A DNA stretch of 59,930 nucleotides. It comes from a virus (taxonomy: Duplodnaviria > Caudoviricetes). The notes below the pieces were generated by a model. It was not told the origin of the DNA and ran no database searches. It saw nothing but the letters and a program-made list of their open reading frames with translations. Position numbers and translations under genes: made by a program. Positions 14,202 to 24,714 of this stretch are shown one piece after another. The stretch is from IMG/VR virus record IMGVR_UViG_3300035195_000113, positions 1 through 59,930 of that record. The stretch is one strand, 5' to 3'. How positions within the stretch are numbered: position 1 is the first letter of the stretch; each line of letters starts with the position of its first letter.

Positions 14202-15767
14202 ATGGAATATAATAACCCTAGCGAGTTAGTAAAGGAACTATCCTTTGGTGATGATGCTAAACAAAAAGTAATAAATGGTGTAGACAAACTAGCTAAAGCA
14301 GTGAAGTCTACGTTAGGAGCTTCAGGTAAGTGTGTAATTTACGAAGATGCTCGTGGAAGACCGGTGATAACAAAAGATGGTGTAACCGTTGCGGAAAGCG
14401 TAGTCTTAATGGACCCGGTCGAAAACATAGGAGCAACACTTATTAAGGAAGCTGCTAAAAACACAGTGAAAGAAGCAGGTGACGGTACTACTACAGCTAC
14501 CGTACTTGCTGAATCACTACTAAAAGAAGCATCGTCAGCCGTAGGATCTGTAAGAGATATAAAGCTTGGTATTGCTTCTTGTGCTAAAAAAGTAAATGAT
14601 TACTTAGATAGTGTATCTATAGAAGTAAAAGGTGAAATGTTAAAAGATGTAGCAGCTATATCATGTAACAATGATGCTACACTAGGAGCTATAATATCTG
14701 AAGCTTATGAAAAAGTAGGTGAATCAGGTGTTGTACTAATGGAAGAATCAGAAGATGATAGAACATACGTTGAGATTGTTGATGGAGTTCAATTAGAGTC
14801 TGGTTTAAAATCACAGCATCTTATTACTGATAGAGACAAACAAAGAATTGTTCTTGACAAACCAATGGTTTTAATAGTTGCATCGGAAATACCTAACGTA
14901 AGAAAGATACAACCTATACTAGAACATGTTATAAAGCATAAAAGATCACTACTTATAGTAGCTGAAGTTGATACACAGGTATCATCTACGTTACTAATGA
15001 ATAAAGTTAAAGGTAATATTAAAGTAAACTTTATAGATCCACCAGGATTTGGGCCAACAAAGCAAAGTACGCTTGAAGATTTAGCATTTTTAACAGGTGC
15101 TACTATAATGGACGAAAACCTAGGTGATGATTTAGACCTTATAACCGTTGATTGTTTAGGTGAAGTGCAAAAATCGGTCACAGATGATAAAACAACAGTA
15201 CTAACCACATTGGATTTAGGCTTAGATTTAGAAGAAAGGATCAAGGATGTGCACAAAAGCATAAAAAAAGAAAAAAACCAGTACATTAAACGTAGATTAG
15301 AGCAAAGATTAGCCATGTTAAGTGGTTCAGTTGGTATAGTCAAGGTCGGTGCTGATTCAGCTGTTGAGCTGAAAGAGAAAAAAGATAGAGTTGAAGACTC
15401 TATATACGCTGTGAAAGCCGCCTTGAAAGAAGGAATAGTCCCGGGCGGTGGAGTAGCGCTGTTTGATGCAGCAAAAAACATTGAACCAAGCAACTTAGGT
15501 GAAGAAATACTGTTAAAATCAATATTATCTCCATTTTACACTATATTAGACAATGCAGGTATAAAAAACAACGTAGTAAAAGGCGTTGTTACTGGTTACG
15601 GAATAGATGTAACCACTGGCAACTGTGTTAATATGGTTGAAAAAGGTATAATTGACCCAGTACTAGTAACTAAGTCAGCTTTAAAAAATGCAATATCAGT
15701 AGCTTCTACTATAATATCTGCAGATTGTGTAATCTCTAACGTAAGGATCGAAAATGCAAGCAGTTAA
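14202..15767 (+). CDS. groEL: Chaperonin GroEL
   Basis: [34 protein letters not shown]. Confidence 0.97.
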   Translation: MEYNNPSELVKELSFGDDAKQKVINGVDKLAKAVKSTLGASGKCVIYEDARGRPVITKDGVTVAESVVLMDPVENIGATLIKEAAKNTVKEAGDGTTTATVLAESLLKEASSAVGSVRDIKLGIASCAKKVNDYLDSVSIEVKGEMLKDVAAISCNNDATLGAIISEAYEKVGESGVVLMEESEDDRTYVEIVDGVQLESGLKSQHLITDRDKQRIVLDKPMVLIVASEIPNVRKIQPILEHVIKHKRSLLIVAEVDTQVSSTLLMNKVKGNIKVNFIDPPGFGPTKQSTLEDLAFLTGATIMDENLGDDLDLITVDCLGEVQKSVTDDKTTVLTTLDLGLDLEERIKDVHKSIKKEKNQYIKRRLEQRLAMLSGSVGIVKVGADSAVELKEKKDRVEDSIYAVKAALKEGIVPGGGVALFDAAKNIEPSNLGEEILLKSILSPFYTILDNAGIKNNVVKGVVTGYGIDVTTGNCVNMVEKGIIDPVLVTKSALKNAISVASTIISADCVISNVRIENASS

Positions 15768-16011
15768 TTATTATATAGTAGTAGAAAATATAAAAGTTGA
15801 GCAAAAAAAAGTAGCTGGACTTATATTGACAGATAAAACAGACACAGAGAACAGGTATATTAAAGCTAGGATACTTTCCATTGGGAATCTAGTCAAAGGT
15901 GTAAGAGAAGGTGATATAGTGTGCTACGATAGACATGCTGGTCACAGTATACAGGTTAAAGATAATGTGTACAAGGTTATACAAGTTGGTGATGTAGTTT
16001 TGATTGAATGA
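15754..16011 (+). CDS. groES: Co-chaperonin GroES
   Basis: AGLIL mobile loop, VREGDIVCY, 85 aa, directly after groEL. Confidence 0.9.
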   Translation: MQAVNYYIVVENIKVEQKKVAGLILTDKTDTENRYIKARILSIGNLVKGVREGDIVCYDRHAGHSIQVKDNVYKVIQVGDVVLIE

Positions 16012-16448
16012 GACTAGCTGCTTCGGACTTAAGGGAATTAAATTTATTAAAGTATTACAGGCTCGTTAGAAAATGGGCCTGTAAAACTTATAGCCTAAAA
16101 GATGCCGATTTAGAATTACTTATATATTTAGATTGCAAATCGCGATTTACACGTAATGATTTCATAGAGGGCGTTTATACTTATTCTTGGGATAAAAACA
16201 GATGGGAGAGGCTTAGAAGAGATGGTTGGATAGATGTTTGGAGGGAAAGAAATAGAACTACACAAAAATATGCTATTTACAAAACCTCATTTAAATGCAG
16301 TCAATTAATAACTAGAATATATAGAATACTACTAGCTGAAGAGGATCTACCTACTTCAGAGAGAAGTAAGTTTTACAAAAACAAATCATATACAGATAAA
16401 GTTTATAATAAATCTATAAACGATATGATAAAAGATAAAAACAGGTAA
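16008..16448 (+). CDS. Hypothetical protein, possible winged helix
   Basis: LKDADLELLIYL...WERLRRDGWI pattern. Confidence 0.65.
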   Translation: MRLAASDLRELNLLKYYRLVRKWACKTYSLKDADLELLIYLDCKSRFTRNDFIEGVYTYSWDKNRWERLRRDGWIDVWRERNRTTQKYAIYKTSFKCSQLITRIYRILLAEEDLPTSERSKFYKNKSYTDKVYNKSINDMIKDKNR

Positions 16449-16450
16449 TT

Positions 16451-16672
16451 ATGAAAGGAATAGGTCCAAATAACTTAGGTATGTCAAAAATGGCAGGCAG
16501 CGACTGCTGTGGAATACCAAACTGTGGTTGCGAAGATAGTGCAGCTAAATTTAACGATAAGCTAGAAAGTCAAGCGATTAATGGTAATTTACCTGAAAAT
16601 TTCGCTAAAGCAGTTATGGAGAATAAAGAAAAGTCCGCTACACCGTTAAAAAAGAAAAACTGTAGCTACTAA
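16451..16672 (+). CDS. Small hypothetical protein
   Basis: ORF; contains SATPLK. Confidence 0.65.
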   Translation: MKGIGPNNLGMSKMAGSDCCGIPNCGCEDSAAKFNDKLESQAINGNLPENFAKAVMENKEKSATPLKKKNCSY

Positions 16673-17040
16673 TGGCCTACAAGCAACCAAATGATGTCAA
16701 TAGCCTATTAGGGCTAGATCCTGTTACAACAACCTATAGTAACCCTGTGTTTCTAAAAGATTTAGAAGGTGAGATAAAAGCTGAAGCTAACATGGATGGT
16801 ACTACATTCATAGATAAGTCATTGTCAGCTAAAGATAGAATAGAGTGTAAAAAACACGAAGATATACATCACGACCAAATGGGTCAAAATAGATTAGGTT
16901 ATGACAATAAAAATGTTTATTGGAAAAAAGACACTAAATCACCTATGAAAGTATATTCTAGAGAAACTATGGCTGAAGGTGCTCATAACTTAGAGTGGGA
17001 GTCTGAAGCACATGCAGTTCATAAACCAGTTAAAAAATAA
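16672..17040 (+). CDS. Small zincin-like metallopeptidase
   Basis: HEDIH (HExxH) plus downstream LEWESEAH. Confidence 0.6.
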   Translation: MAYKQPNDVNSLLGLDPVTTTYSNPVFLKDLEGEIKAEANMDGTTFIDKSLSAKDRIECKKHEDIHHDQMGQNRLGYDNKNVYWKKDTKSPMKVYSRETMAEGAHNLEWESEAHAVHKPVKK

Positions 17041-17043
17041 ATT

Positions 17044-17334
17044 ATGAGTAAACAAGATTACACACCGTATAACATATATCAAAAAAGAAAGATGGCTGAA
17101 TCAGCTACTCCGCTAAAAAGTATATATGCACAAAATTCAAATATGTTCTTAAACTCAGTTCCTACACTTAGAAACGGCTTGCAGTCAGGTTTTGATGCTG
17201 AAGGTGGTGATAAAAAAAGACCATTACCTATTATAGACAAGAGCAAAAAGAAAGATGACAAGAATGACGAAAGCAAAAACCTTACTGTTAATATGACAGG
17301 TACGGGTACAACTAACACTGATACTGAAGAGTAG
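17044..17334 (+). CDS. Hypothetical low-complexity protein
   Basis: ORF; contains SATPLK. Confidence 0.65.
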   Translation: MSKQDYTPYNIYQKRKMAESATPLKSIYAQNSNMFLNSVPTLRNGLQSGFDAEGGDKKRPLPIIDKSKKKDDKNDESKNLTVNMTGTGTTNTDTEE

Positions 17335-17355
17335 AATAATTAAAAAAATATAAAC

Positions 17356-18276
17356 ATGTTAAGAAAAGCAACTGGAACTCCTTTCAAACTAAGAAGCGGT
17401 ACTCCATTAAAAAAAGATAAGTTACCAGATGGGGTTACTACATCTAGTAGGGACTTAGGCCAAATGGCTAATGACGAAAATCAGTTAGTTAATGTTACCG
17501 AAAACACAACAACTACGCCTGATTACAGTGGTAACGCAGGTAAAGTAGTTAAAGCATCTAAAAATAGATGTGGTATAGAAGTTCCATGGAGTGACCCAAG
17601 ATGTGTTGCTTACAGTAAAATGAGTGATGATGAAATTAAAGAATCAGAACAAAACCAAGGACTAAGAGAAGGTTATGAACCAGCTCAAGAAGGTGGTGAA
17701 GAGGTTAGTTATGAAACTACACCTATACCTCAACCTGGAACTCCTGGAGACGAAACAGATCCTTTCACAGCTGCTGAAGGTAGAAATCAATTTAAATATA
17801 ATAAGCAGTCTGCTAATAGAGCTATAAAAGCTGCTAAAAGAGTAAAAAAAGCTAATGATGGTACTGTATTCAGTAGGTTATTTACTAAAGATGGTAGAGC
17901 AAAAGGCAAAGCAGCAAAAGAAGCATATCAAAACGAAAAATCTGAAATATTAAGTGAGGCTGCTGACGCGGCTCAAAATATGTCGCGTAACTCTAATGAT
18001 CAACTAACTCAAGGTAGAAACGCTTGGAGAAGCGGTGAAAAAGTAGGTTACCGTAAAGAAATGAGTAAAGGAACTGAAGGGCAAGATTTTACTATAGCAC
18101 CTGAAGGAACAAAAAAATTAAGCAGTCTTACTGGTAGTCAATCTACAAACGCTAATCCATTTAGCGGTATGGAAGAAAGACTTCAAGAGCTTAAAGATTT
18201 TAAATTAACAACAGGTCCAAAATATGGTAGAAGCAAAGCACCTACACCTTTTAAACTAAACAAATATAAGAAATAA
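17356..18276 (+). CDS. Hypothetical, likely disordered virion-associated protein
   Basis: ORF; TPFKL/TPLK motifs at both ends. Confidence 0.75.
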   Translation: MLRKATGTPFKLRSGTPLKKDKLPDGVTTSSRDLGQMANDENQLVNVTENTTTTPDYSGNAGKVVKASKNRCGIEVPWSDPRCVAYSKMSDDEIKESEQNQGLREGYEPAQEGGEEVSYETTPIPQPGTPGDETDPFTAAEGRNQFKYNKQSANRAIKAAKRVKKANDGTVFSRLFTKDGRAKGKAAKEAYQNEKSEILSEAADAAQNMSRNSNDQLTQGRNAWRSGEKVGYRKEMSKGTEGQDFTIAPEGTKKLSSLTGSQSTNANPFSGMEERLQELKDFKLTTGPKYGRSKAPTPFKLNKYKK

Positions 18277-19061
18277 TGGGTAAATTCAAATTAAACAAAA
18301 CATCAGACAACTTATTCCACAAGATATCTGAGTCAAAACTAGATGGTGGAAAAGTAACACAGCAACCACAAGTTAATATGGAAGCACCGTCTTCACCTGC
18401 TAAACTACTAGGTCCTATAGGAACTGGTATTTTAGGAGCTGCAGCTGGTTATTTTGCTAAAAAAGTATTTGGTGGTAGTGACAAGCCAGCTAGTAGTGAC
18501 AAGCCAGCTAAACCATCTCAGAAAAAAGATCTATCAATGACACCTTATTCTATAAAAGACGGTAAAGGTACTATTCATGGTCCTAAAGTTAGTTATGATA
18601 TGGCTTACAATAAAGCTAAAAAAACTAAGCAATATGCTAATATGTCTAAAGACGAGTATATTACTGAAGCTAAAAGACAAACAGCTAATTTTAAGAAAAC
18701 AGGTAAATGGGACGCAAGTGGAGCATCTAAGCCTAGAAAAAAAGTAGAAGCTGTTTCTGCTATTAAACCAGCAAGCATACAAGCTAGTGCTGCTAAACCT
18801 ACGGCTAATGTAGAAATTAAAAAGCCAGTACAAGCTGTAGAGTCTAAACCTGCAAAACAAACTAAATCACAAAAGTTAAGATCTAAAGGCGAAGCTGTTT
18901 TAAGTAATGATAATTTCTCTACAGCAAAGAAACAAAGAAAATCTAAAAGAATTAGAAAAAGATACGATAAAGCTGTTGCAAAAGAGCAAAAACAAAATAA
19001 TAAGAAAACCAAGAAATCAAGTGCTCCTGATTATAGTGGTGGTGCTTCAGGTTTCATGTAA
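18276..19061 (+). CDS. Lys-rich hypothetical protein with one hydrophobic segment
   Basis: LLGPIGTGILGAAAGYFA; tandem SDKPASSDKPA. Confidence 0.7.
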   Translation: MGKFKLNKTSDNLFHKISESKLDGGKVTQQPQVNMEAPSSPAKLLGPIGTGILGAAAGYFAKKVFGGSDKPASSDKPAKPSQKKDLSMTPYSIKDGKGTIHGPKVSYDMAYNKAKKTKQYANMSKDEYITEAKRQTANFKKTGKWDASGASKPRKKVEAVSAIKPASIQASAAKPTANVEIKKPVQAVESKPAKQTKSQKLRSKGEAVLSNDNFSTAKKQRKSKRIRKRYDKAVAKEQKQNNKKTKKSSAPDYSGGASGFM

Positions 19062-19071
19062 ATAAAAAAAT

Positions 19072-19527
19072 ATGTCTAAGAAGAAATTTTCAGAAAGTAC
19101 AGTTGGTAAACTTTTGTTTGGAGCTGCTTCTATGATAAATCCAACTCTCGGAAATATTTTAAAAGGTGTTACATCTCCTGCAGATGCAATAGCTGAGATA
19201 GGTAAATCAGGTGTAAGCAACGAAGATAAGATAAAGTTACAACAAATAATATACGAACAACAAAATAAAGAGATAGAGTCTATAACATCAAGATGGCAAG
19301 CAGATTCAATTTCAGATTCGTGGCTATCTAAAAACGTACGCCCGCTAGTACTAGTGTGGTGTATTGTTATATTCTCTCTAGCAGGAATATTAGATAGTGT
19401 AGATTCAATACCTTTTAACATAGGTAGTACTTGGAACGATACTTTTGAAAAAGTAATGATGGCAGTTGTTTTAGCTTATTTTGGCGGTCGAACGACTGAG
19501 AAAGCTACAAGCATGTTTAAAAAATAA
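19072..19527 (+). CDS. Holin (GTA 3TM-holin-like)
   Basis: RWQAD..SDSWLSKNVRPL, two TM segments, AYFGGRTTEK. Confidence 0.75.
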   Translation: MSKKKFSESTVGKLLFGAASMINPTLGNILKGVTSPADAIAEIGKSGVSNEDKIKLQQIIYEQQNKEIESITSRWQADSISDSWLSKNVRPLVLVWCIVIFSLAGILDSVDSIPFNIGSTWNDTFEKVMMAVVLAYFGGRTTEKATSMFKK

Positions 19528-19532
19528 CGTAA

Positions 19533-20240
19533 ATGGCTAGAATAAGTACATATGAGCAAGATAGCAATATAACGACAGGCGACAAGCTGTTAGGTACTGA
19601 CAGTGGTGGAGGTACTAGAAATTTCGTTGTAAACGATTTATCTTCTTTTCTAGCAGAATCAAACTCTTCAGGTAATAGTAGTAGCTTTACTTTTAGATAC
19701 AAGCAAACTAATAGACTTGCTGGTGATATGAACTTTACTTTGTCAAGTGGAGCTACGTTCGCAAACGTAACAAATATTAAAGTAAGTAAATATAACTATA
19801 ACAAAACTAGTATAGCTATAAATAATGCCTTAGGGCTATTAGGTGGTAAAAACATAATCATTTATGATATAGCCAATAGAAACAACTTTGGAGTTTACAA
19901 GGTTGATAGCTTACAAGTAGATACTAATAGTAATTTTTATAACTTAGCACTAACAGCTAAAACCAATAACGGTTCAGTTGCAGATCAAAAAATATATGGT
20001 ATAGATATATTTACTGAGAGTGGTGGCGATTTAACATTTGCACATCATCAAAATACAGCATCCTCATCATGGGACATAAATCATAACCTAGGTAAATTCC
20101 CTAGTGTTAGTATAAAATTTTCAAGTTCTGATAGTGTTTATACTAATGTAGGTGCTTTTGCTGGGGTAGTATATACTGACGAAAATAACTTAACAATAAA
20201 CTTAGCAGCTGATGAAAGTGGCTACGCATACTTAAACTAA
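19533..20240 (+). CDS. Virion structural or tail-associated protein
   Basis: WDINHNLGKFPSV motif; beta-rich; heads the fibre cluster. Confidence 0.65.
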   Translation: MARISTYEQDSNITTGDKLLGTDSGGGTRNFVVNDLSSFLAESNSSGNSSSFTFRYKQTNRLAGDMNFTLSSGATFANVTNIKVSKYNYNKTSIAINNALGLLGGKNIIIYDIANRNNFGVYKVDSLQVDTNSNFYNLALTAKTNNGSVADQKIYGIDIFTESGGDLTFAHHQNTASSSWDINHNLGKFPSVSIKFSSSDSVYTNVGAFAGVVYTDENNLTINLAADESGYAYLN

Positions 20241-20245
20241 AAACA

Positions 20246-21667
20246 ATGGCAATACCTATTTTAAATCACTTAGACTTAAGAAGTGTATCGGAGCTGCAAA
20301 ACGCAATACTCCACAAAACAACAGAAAGCTCTGCATCTAACGTAGAGGGTAAAATAATATATGATACTGGAACAGATTCAGCTAAAGTATATAACGGATC
20401 CATCTGGGTTGATCTAGGTGGTGATATATCTAGGGTCAACATTACAGCTGGAGACGGTTTAACTGGTACTGTAGATACAACAGGTGGAGAACACACGCAA
20501 ACGCTAACAGTTGTTGGTGGTGATGGTATAACAGCTAATGCAGATGAGATTGAAGTAACGGTTGATAATTCAACAATTGAACTAAGTGCTTCAACTGGCG
20601 CTGGTGCTGTTAGAATAAAAGATGCTGGAGTTGTTACAGCTAAACTAGCAGATGATGCCGTAACAACGATTAAGATTACTGATTCTAACGTTACAACTGC
20701 TAAAATAGCAGATGATGGTGTTACGTTGGCTAAACTAGCACATCAAGCAAATAACACTGTTTTTAAAGTAAGTGCGTCTGGCGTACCTATAGCTGGTACT
20801 ATAGATACTGCAAATATAACTGCAGACGCGGTAGATGGAACTAAAATTGCTGATGATGCTGTTGATAGCGAACACATTGCCGCTGATAGCCTTGACACGG
20901 AACATTATGCTGTTGGCTCAGTAGATAACGATGCTTTAAAAGCTGATGCTGTTGATGGTACTAAGATTGCTGATGATGCAATTAACTCAGAGCATATAAC
21001 CAACGGATCTGTAGACAACGTTCATTTAGCAAATGATGGTATAACAATAGGTGGAACAGATGTATCTTTAGGAGGTACAATAACTGCTTTAACTGCTCTT
21101 ACTGACTTAGATTTAACAGCAGGTAATAAAACAATATTTGATACTGTTGGTGCTAACACTCTTACAATGGGAGCTAGTGGAACTACAATTACTATTCCTG
21201 GTAATTTAGTTGTAACAGGTACTACGATAACAAAAAATGAAACTGTAAAAATTGTAGAAAACAATACTATAGAGTTTGAAGGTACTACAGCTGATGATGC
21301 ACATCAAATAAAGCTTTCAGGTGGTGAACCAACTGCTGATAGAACTGTTACTTTACCAGATAATTCAGGTACTATAGCTTTAACAACCGATACAACAGAT
21401 AGACAATTTACAACTCTTATAGGTAATGCATCAGCAGTAGCAATAAATTTAAAGAAACATGGAGTAACTGTAAGTGGTGCTGATAAAAATCTTTCTGCGG
21501 CAATAGGAAACGACAGTACACAGTTTATGGTTCAATTAATCGAAGTATCATCTGGGCTTACAGCTATGGCTGATGTAGCAAGAGGAGCTGATGGACTTGT
21601 CACGATAACATTTGCATCTGCACCAGCTAACAATGCAATAAGAGTTCTTATCACTAAGATAGGATAA
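20246..21667 (+). CDS. Tail fibre protein with 10-aa repeats
   Basis: Repeats of the AVTTAKIADD / AVDGTKIADD type. Confidence 0.8.
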   Translation: MAIPILNHLDLRSVSELQNAILHKTTESSASNVEGKIIYDTGTDSAKVYNGSIWVDLGGDISRVNITAGDGLTGTVDTTGGEHTQTLTVVGGDGITANADEIEVTVDNSTIELSASTGAGAVRIKDAGVVTAKLADDAVTTIKITDSNVTTAKIADDGVTLAKLAHQANNTVFKVSASGVPIAGTIDTANITADAVDGTKIADDAVDSEHIAADSLDTEHYAVGSVDNDALKADAVDGTKIADDAINSEHITNGSVDNVHLANDGITIGGTDVSLGGTITALTALTDLDLTAGNKTIFDTVGANTLTMGASGTTITIPGNLVVTGTTITKNETVKIVENNTIEFEGTTADDAHQIKLSGGEPTADRTVTLPDNSGTIALTTDTTDRQFTTLIGNASAVAINLKKHGVTVSGADKNLSAAIGNDSTQFMVQLIEVSSGLTAMADVARGADGLVTITFASAPANNAIRVLITKIG

Positions 21668-21684
21668 TAAAATAAAATTCTCAC

Positions 21685-24600
21685 ATGGCGCAAAAGTTTT
21701 TAAACGGCATACTTTCGGTTGACGGGTCTAGCTCGTCACCTTCATACAGTTTTATAGGCAGAACCGATACTGGTATGTACGCGCGTGCCCACTCCTCAAA
21801 CGACAGAATAGCATTTGCAGTAGATGGAAATGAAAGGTTTTATATAGATGCAAATGGTGTAAACGCTATTGGAAACGTATATTTAAGTTCCGGTAATTCG
21901 GTAAGAAACTATAGTGGTATATGGCAAGCTACAACTGGCGCAACTGAAAATGGTTTTGTATTTACAAACACTGCTGATAGTCAAGTAATGTTTGAAGCTC
22001 AGCACGACTACATACGACACACGTCAGATGGTGCTGCTGCTGATGGTGCTACATTATATTTAAAACACGCAAACAATAATTCTACAGACACAATAGGTAC
22101 CATATTCTTTGGTAACAATGCCGACACAACACTTTCTAAAATAGTTGCAGAAACAAACGGCGCAAACAACACAAGTAATTTAAAATTTGGAACAAGTAAC
22201 ACTGGTACTATGGCTACAGTGCTTACTTTAAGCGGAGATAATATTGCAACTTTTTCGGGTGGTCCCACCTATCATAAAATACAGACATATTACGACGGTG
22301 ATTATACAAGTGGATTTAAATTTTCAGATTACAATGGTGGAATATGGTATGATGCTGGTGCAGATGATTTAACCCTTAATGCCGGACATGCTAATAGCCA
22401 AATGCTTCTTAATTCAGGCGGAGCAATTGCTCTAACGCTGGATTCATCTCAAAACGCAACTTTTGCAGGTAATGTAGGAATTGGAAATTTAGGTACATAC
22501 AAATTAGAAGTTTCTGAAGACGGTGGAGATAGTGGCACTGCAGATTTATTACTTTTAAGAAACTCTAATTCCACAAGGGCTCAAACATTTCAATTTCAAT
22601 TAGATACAGCTAAAGACTTAGTAATTACTGGATCAAGTGGTTCAGGCGGATTTAAATTTGTTCCAGGATCAAGAGGAACAACTTTTACAGGTAGTTTAAC
22701 TGCTGGATCATTTATAAAATCTGGTGGCACATCAGCACAATATTTAATGGCAAATGGTAGTGTTACAACTGGTGTTGCTTCGCATAATCACGATAGTAGA
22801 TATACCTCAATTGATGCCAGTGGAGATAACTACACCTTTGAGATAGAAGATGAGGGTAATTTTTCAGGTAATAAATGGTATCACATTGCAAACATAAATA
22901 GTCACAATGGTGGTTTACATATTAGAGGAGCTATTTTAAATCATGTAGAAAATTTTGCTTCTCAAAAATTAGATATTGCAATACAAGTTAGAGAAGCGGG
23001 TTCTGGTTCAAATGTAGAAATAAATGGTACTGTAGATGTTCATCACAACGATGCTGCTACAAATAGTGCAAATAAAGCAGGTGTTAGAGTTATACAAACA
23101 AGTACGGGTAATACAAGTTACCAAGATTATAAAGTTTACGTTAGAACCACTCAATACTCGCAATTAACTCTTAGATTAACACAACAAGGTTCCGTAACAT
23201 TTAATACAAATCATACTTCACCACTAACCTCAGAACCAGCACCTGTATCAGGTGGTTCAATGGAACTAGATACTTCAGCACTTTTAGAGGGTCATCACGT
23301 TGTAGTTGACAGCACAGTAAAATTAACGGTTGCTACAGATGCTGCAACATTTGCAGGAACTATAAAAGCTCTAGACGGAAGTGCAACTACACCGGCTTAT
23401 AATTTTACTTCACATGATGGCAATGGAATGTATCTTGAAGATTATGATGCAACTAACAATAAAGAACAAGTATCATGGGCTACAGATGGAACTAGAAGAG
23501 CTTGGGTTAATGAACCTGGTTTATGGACCGCGAATAATCTTTATTTTGCTGGTCAACTAAGAAAATTTGGTGAATGGCACGCTACAAGTGGAACAGCTGG
23601 CGAAGGGTTTAAATTTGAAAATACAGCTGATAGCACGACGCCTTTAACTTTAACATCTGCTGGTAACGCAACTTTTGCAGGTACTCTGCGAGTTAACGGT
23701 TCTAATGTTGGAATAGGTGGAGCTGCTGCTAATGCTTCTCATGGAAGTGTAGGAACCAAACTTGATATCAAAGGCGGTGCTGATTCAATTATAATTTTAA
23801 GAGGAGCCGCAGGTGGATCTGGAGCTGATGCATATGTTGCAAGTGAATATGGTTTATACTCATATGATGGAGAATTTACGATTACAAGAACAAATCAAAG
23901 TTCTTGGTGGACTTCTCCTGATTTTAAATTAAGTGGTGGCAACGCCACTTTCGCAAGACACGTTACGGCAGCAGAATATAACCTACCATCAGGTGGTATG
24001 CTCGATTGGGCAAATGGTGATGCTAGAATAGTTGAGGGTGAAACAAATAATTATAGTTTATCATTTAAAACATGGGATGGCACTAATGTAAGCACAGCAT
24101 TAAGATTAGATGGTAATAATGCTGCAACTTTTGCAGGAAAAATTAATGCCTTAGGTGGTGCTAGTATATCTGGTTTTACCGCCGCAACAATAAACGCTTA
24201 TAGTACAACTGTATCTGCTAATTTATTTTCTGCATTAAGAATTATAGATAACACGGGTGCATCAAGTTATTGGGATATAGGTGCCATAGGTGGTGCAAGT
24301 ACATTATTAAATTTTTATCATAATGCCAACACAACTCCTAAAATAAGTTTTACACACACAGGTGGCGCAAATTTTGCAGGTAGTATAAATGTAAACACAA
24401 ATGGTTTAATAAAGTATGAGCAAAATACAGATGTAGATTCTTCTGCAGCTGAAGCAGTAGCGTCTGTAGTGCATGGTACACACACAGCTGCTTTCTTTGA
24501 TTATGTAATTAAAAAAGGTACTAATGTTAGAGCAGGTATTGTAACAGCTTGCCACGATGGAACAAACGTAGAATATGCAGAAACATCAACAGTGGACTTA

Positions 24601-24714
24601 GGTGACACGTCGGATGTAACATTAAGTATAGATATATCAGGTATATACATGAGATTAATAGCAACCACAACATCAAACGACTGGAGTGTTAAATCTTTAA
24701 TAAGAGCAATATAA
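21685..24714 (+). CDS. Modular tail fibre protein
   Basis: G/S/T/N-rich, with modules ending in ATFAG. Confidence 0.8.
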   Translation: MAQKFLNGILSVDGSSSSPSYSFIGRTDTGMYARAHSSNDRIAFAVDGNERFYIDANGVNAIGNVYLSSGNSVRNYSGIWQATTGATENGFVFTNTADSQVMFEAQHDYIRHTSDGAAADGATLYLKHANNNSTDTIGTIFFGNNADTTLSKIVAETNGANNTSNLKFGTSNTGTMATVLTLSGDNIATFSGGPTYHKIQTYYDGDYTSGFKFSDYNGGIWYDAGADDLTLNAGHANSQMLLNSGGAIALTLDSSQNATFAGNVGIGNLGTYKLEVSEDGGDSGTADLLLLRNSNSTRAQTFQFQLDTAKDLVITGSSGSGGFKFVPGSRGTTFTGSLTAGSFIKSGGTSAQYLMANGSVTTGVASHNHDSRYTSIDASGDNYTFEIEDEGNFSGNKWYHIANINSHNGGLHIRGAILNHVENFASQKLDIAIQVREAGSGSNVEINGTVDVHHNDAATNSANKAGVRVIQTSTGNTSYQDYKVYVRTTQYSQLTLRLTQQGSVTFNTNHTSPLTSEPAPVSGGSMELDTSALLEGHHVVVDSTVKLTVATDAATFAGTIKALDGSATTPAYNFTSHDGNGMYLEDYDATNNKEQVSWATDGTRRAWVNEPGLWTANNLYFAGQLRKFGEWHATSGTAGEGFKFENTADSTTPLTLTSAGNATFAGTLRVNGSNVGIGGAAANASHGSVGTKLDIKGGADSIIILRGAAGGSGADAYVASEYGLYSYDGEFTITRTNQSSWWTSPDFKLSGGNATFARHVTAAEYNLPSGGMLDWANGDARIVEGETNNYSLSFKTWDGTNVSTALRLDGNNAATFAGKINALGGASISGFTAATINAYSTTVSANLFSALRIIDNTGASSYWDIGAIGGASTLLNFYHNANTTPKISFTHTGGANFAGSINVNTNGLIKYEQNTDVDSSAAEAVASVVHGTHTAAFFDYVIKKGTNVRAGIVTACHDGTNVEYAETSTVDLGDTSDVTLSIDISGIYMRLIATTTSNDWSVKSLIRAI

